DNA of 64,000 bases, from positions 1,922,445 through 1,986,444 of the forward strand of contig OZ252239.1 of the NCBI GenBank assembly GCA_965249485.1, read 5' to 3'. Both the position numbers and the translations under genes were made by a program. This document shows positions 62,187 to 64,000 of this stretch, piece by piece; positions within the stretch are counted from its first letter, which is position 1; every line of letters starts with the position of its first letter. Below the pieces are notes generated by a model. The model saw only the letters and a list, made by a program, of their open reading frames with translations. It did no database searches and was not told the DNA's origin. Source of the DNA: a bacterium (lineage in GTDB: Bacteria; SM23-31).

Positions 62187-63215
62187 ATGAACTATAAATT
62201 ATTTGGAAAAAGCGGTCTTCGTGTTTCTGAAATATGTTTTGGAACCATGACTTTCGGAGAAGAATGGGGATGGGGAGCATCGAAAAATGAGAGTCGGAAA
62301 ATGTTCGATCTGTATGCCGAATCCGGCGGAAATTTTCTCGATACTGCTAATAAATACACCAACGGTACCAGTGAAAAATTTGTAGGAGAATTTATTATTC
62401 CCGAACGGGAGCATTATGTTCTTGCGACAAAGTATTCATTGAGTATGCGCGACGGCGATCCGAATGCTTCCGGTAACCACCGAAAAAATATGGTACAGTC
62501 TCTTGAAGCGAGCCTGAAACGGCTTAAAACCGATTATATTGATCTGTACTGGCTCCATGCGTGGGATTTCATGACACCGGTCGAAGAGGTGATGCGCGCG
62601 CTTGATGACATGGTGAGAGCCGGGAAAATTCTCTATATCGGAATATCCGACACACCTGCATGGATTGTTTCCAGAGCAAACATGTTAGCAGACCTACAAG
62701 GATGGACACCTTTTGTCGGGCTGCAAATTGAATTCAGTCTTGTTGAGCGTACTGTTGAACGGGAATTCATGCCTATGGCACGTGCACTCGATTTAGCGGT
62801 CACCCCCTGGTCGGTACTCGGTGGTGGGGTCTTGAGTGGCAAATATAATGTCTCAAAAAAACCTGATGCAAAGCGGGATGCTGACAAAAGAATAAATGAG
62901 AAGAATAAAAAAATTGCAGAGTCTGTATGTGGAATAGCTGACCAGATCGGCCGGACACCGTCACAAGTTGCAATTAATTGGGTAAGGCGTCAACCGGGAA
63001 ATATTATTCCCATCCTTGGTGCAAGGACAGAACAACAGCTCAAAGATAATCTTGGCTGTCTTGATTTCGAATTGTCTGATGAGCAGAATACAACGCTTTG
63101 CGAAGCAAGTCAGATCGAATTAGGATTTCCCTATGATTTTATGTCCAGAGATGCGATTAAAAATTTGATGTATGGAGGCACCTACGACACAATTGATAAT
63201 CACAGAAACGGTTAA
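62187..63215 (+). CDS. Aldo/keto reductase
   Basis: N-terminus KLFGKSGLRVSEICFGTMTFG and the conserved AKR Tyr/Lys catalytic regions. Confidence 0.8.
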   Translation: MNYKLFGKSGLRVSEICFGTMTFGEEWGWGASKNESRKMFDLYAESGGNFLDTANKYTNGTSEKFVGEFIIPEREHYVLATKYSLSMRDGDPNASGNHRKNMVQSLEASLKRLKTDYIDLYWLHAWDFMTPVEEVMRALDDMVRAGKILYIGISDTPAWIVSRANMLADLQGWTPFVGLQIEFSLVERTVEREFMPMARALDLAVTPWSVLGGGVLSGKYNVSKKPDAKRDADKRINEKNKKIAESVCGIADQIGRTPSQVAINWVRRQPGNIIPILGARTEQQLKDNLGCLDFELSDEQNTTLCEASQIELGFPYDFMSRDAIKNLMYGGTYDTIDNHRNG

Positions 63216-63254
63216 TGTGTACCATGAAAGGTTCAAATATAGATTGAATTTATT

Positions 63255-64000
63255 ATGACTGAAGCTAAAAAATCTACTAAGAAAAAGATGTCTCTTACGA
63301 GTGTCAAGCATGCATTTTTGACCATAGTATGGCCGCGGAGAAAAATTCTCCTTTTAGGTCTGATTTTGATTATCATCAACAGGTTCGCCGGACTTGTTCT
63401 GCCTGGTTCAACGAAATTCCTCATAGATGATGTATTAGTCCGGAAAGATACCGAACTTTTGAATCTACTGCTCCTTGCAGTCGGTATCGCCATATTTTTT
63501 CAGGCGAGTACATCTTTCTTTTTAACGCGGTTATTGAGTGTGGAAGCACAGCATCTTATATCGCAGTTGCGTGTTCAGGCACAAAAACAGATTGTCCGCT
63601 TACCGATCAAATTTTTCGATAATAGCAAATCGGGTGAGCTTGTCTCCCGCATAATGACCGATGTTGAAGGTGTGAGAAACCTTGTTGGCACCGGGCTGGT
63701 GCAGTTATTGGGAGGGGTTATTACTGCAATTATTTCATTGATAATTCTGCTCAATATCAACGCTATGATGACGGTTTATGTTATAGTACCACTGCTCATT
63801 TTTGGAATGGTTTCGATGAAAACATTTGCCTATATCAGGCCGATTTTCCGTGAACGGAGAAAAATTAATGCCGATGTAACCGGACGTTTGACCGAATCGC
63901 TTGGCGGTATCAGGGTTATCAAAGGATTCAATGCCGAAGTACGTGAGGAAAAGGTGTTCGAACAGGGTGTTGACCGGATTTTTCAAAATGTAAAGAAAAC
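63255..64000 (+). CDS. ABC exporter (MsbA-like), N-terminal transmembrane domain; truncated by the window end
   Basis: The open frame from the ATG at 63255 encodes six-TM-type helices and ...LTESLGGIRVIKGFNAE. It runs off the window and is not in the ORF track because no stop is present. Confidence 0.65.
   Translation, partial: MTEAKKSTKKKMSLTSVKHAFLTIVWPRRKILLLGLILIIINRFAGLVLPGSTKFLIDDVLVRKDTELLNLLLLAVGIAIFFQASTSFFLTRLLSVEAQHLISQLRVQAQKQIVRLPIKFFDNSKSGELVSRIMTDVEGVRNLVGTGLVQLLGGVITAIISLIILLNINAMMTVYVIVPLLIFGMVSMKTFAYIRPIFRERRKINADVTGRLTESLGGIRVIKGFNAEVREEKVFEQGVDRIFQNVKK

Overview
This is a 64 kb bacterial chromosomal window at roughly 40% GC. It is coding-dense, and many genes are preceded by Shine-Dalgarno sequences. 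Gene content points to a flagellated member of the FCB group, Ignavibacteria-like: a flagellin, a TonB-dependent receptor that begins with a CarboxypepD_reg-like N-domain, GH3 hydrolases, and a gene pair for inositol-lipid synthesis.

The first 25 kb is conserved core metabolism. It carries the 2-oxo-acid dehydrogenase genes (E1 alpha, E1 beta and E2) together with lipA and lipB, plus an aconitase-family hydratase, a fumarase/aspartase-family lyase, trxB, nuoB, iscS, iscA, tpx, nuoI, nadE, rsmI, panD, a myo-inositol-1-phosphate synthase, a CCA-adding enzyme and gltX.

The rest of the window is more accessory. It holds a lone flagellin gene, a MinD/ParA-like ATPase, a glycosyltransferase operon, a decaying sugar-utilisation locus (GH3, a sugar isomerase, an FGGY kinase, a LacI-family regulator and the remnant of an SSS transporter), a tRNA-Ser(GCU), cell-wall recycling genes (a NagZ-like hydrolase, a GlcNAc-kinase-like protein and anmK), an operon of ECF sigma factor, zinc-binding anti-sigma factor and TonB-dependent receptor with two paralogous secreted proteins, a ClC channel, redoxins, an SDR, an AKR and the start of an ABC exporter.

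The most striking pattern is a cluster of at least five otherwise well-conserved genes (the LacI-family regulator, a lipoprotein, rarA, rsmE and the TonB-dependent receptor), each interrupted by a single in-frame stop codon. TAG, TAA and TGA are all used, and the reading frame is preserved across each stop. All five lie between 37.7 and 51.8 kb, whereas the first 37 kb has none. I found no CRISPR array, rRNA gene or obvious mobile element.
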